64,000 nt of DNA, taken from the human T2T-CHM13v2.0 reference genome, Homo sapiens. How positions within the stretch are numbered: position 1 is the stretch's first letter; each line of letters begins with the position of its first letter. Location of the stretch: assembly GCF_009914755.1 (NCBI RefSeq), contig NC_060938.1. The stretch is one strand, 5' to 3'. The notes under the pieces were generated by a model, which did not search any database, was not told the DNA's origin, and saw only the letters and a list, made by a program, of their open reading frames with translations. Below are positions 63,074 to 64,000 of this stretch, one piece after another. The translations under genes and the position numbers were made by a program.

Positions 63074-64000
63074 GTGAGGCCCCCGCTTTCTGTTACCTCT
63101 CCTGCCCGCGCACCCCGCTGCCGTCCCCCGTTCCGGGATCGGGTCTCTCGGACCCTATTTTCGCCGACAACGGATCTGAGGTCCGAGGCCGTGCCAGGGC
63201 GCAGACCACGGGTTGTTTGGCGGAATCTGCCCGGGGGCCTTGGCGTCCGCACCGGTTGAGCAGGATGAGTGGCCGCCGGGAAAGCGGCTCGGTTCGGGCT
63301 TTCTCCTCCTTGTTCAGGAGAAAGGAAAGGCTCCAACACAGGCCAAACTGAGCCACAGAGTGGGGGCGGTCCCCAGATCCCCGCACCAGTACATTCTGAG
63401 AGCCACACAGACCCCGCGGCGGGCAGATTAGCTCCCACCTCCTGCCAGAGCCGGTTCTTTGCCCTCGGCCTCAACCGCCGCCCCCATTTCTCTCCCGGGG
63501 TCCCTGTCCTCTCTGCCAACTCCCTAAGCTTTCTGCTCCCACCGTTCTCCAAAGCTGGAGCGATCTCTGCACTGACAGAGCATTTTCTTTTGGCTTCTGC
63601 TCATTCGTGATTCTGACCGAGTCGCTTCCCTTCTGTGAGCCTCAGTTTCCTCGTCTGCAAAATGGAGTGGTAGGCGATGTAGACTGGACGGTCCCACCAG
63701 CCGTAGCTGGAGTAGGGTGGACTGCATCGGGGTACAGACTAGAAAGGGTTTTGTTTTGTTTTGTTTTGTTTTTGTCTTTAAATGGAAATTACTTGCACAA
63801 AGTTAAAACTCAGTAGATGCCGACAGGTATATCTTGAAAAGTAACCTACCCTTCTCCCACCCCCGCCCTCATTCCCTTCCGCACCAGCCGCACTGCTACC
63901 AGTTCCTTGGGTACATTTGTAAGGTGGTTTTCAAGGAAATAAAGGAGAAAGAACCAAAAATCTGCCTGCCTGTCTGCGGGTGCTGCTCGCAGGTGCTGCC

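Overview
Human (primate) genomic DNA, recognisable as the LIN52-VSX2 interval on chr14q24.3, with both genes on the + strand. Positions 1-20717 lie in the last intron of LIN52, which contains a SUMO2 processed pseudogene interrupted by two Alus. The last LIN52 coding exon (20718-20773) and its 3'UTR follow. About 38 kb of intergenic DNA comes next, with several homeodomain-motif-dense, Alu-poor blocks consistent with the known VSX2 retinal super-enhancer. The window ends with the VSX2 (CHX10) promoter, CpG island and coding exons 1-2. It holds roughly 45-50 Alu copies or fragments, plus MIR, L2, L1, MER and LTR remnants; almost all other ORFs in the track are Alu-derived or GC-rich shadow frames. 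I see no new multi-gene system. The most unusual structure visible directly in the sequence is a set of four separate template-switch scars: a mosaic templated insertion at 19048-19263, an inverted capture of unique DNA inside an Alu at 38554-38785, and two fold-back hairpins at 4245-4322 and 47477-47501. Also notable are a CR1/L3 reverse-transcriptase fossil inside the enhancer region, a perfect 4 x 38 bp E-box-bearing VNTR upstream of VSX2, and a competing +4 splice donor in VSX2 intron 1 that would create a premature stop. Repeat subfamily names and boundaries were called by eye and are approximate.
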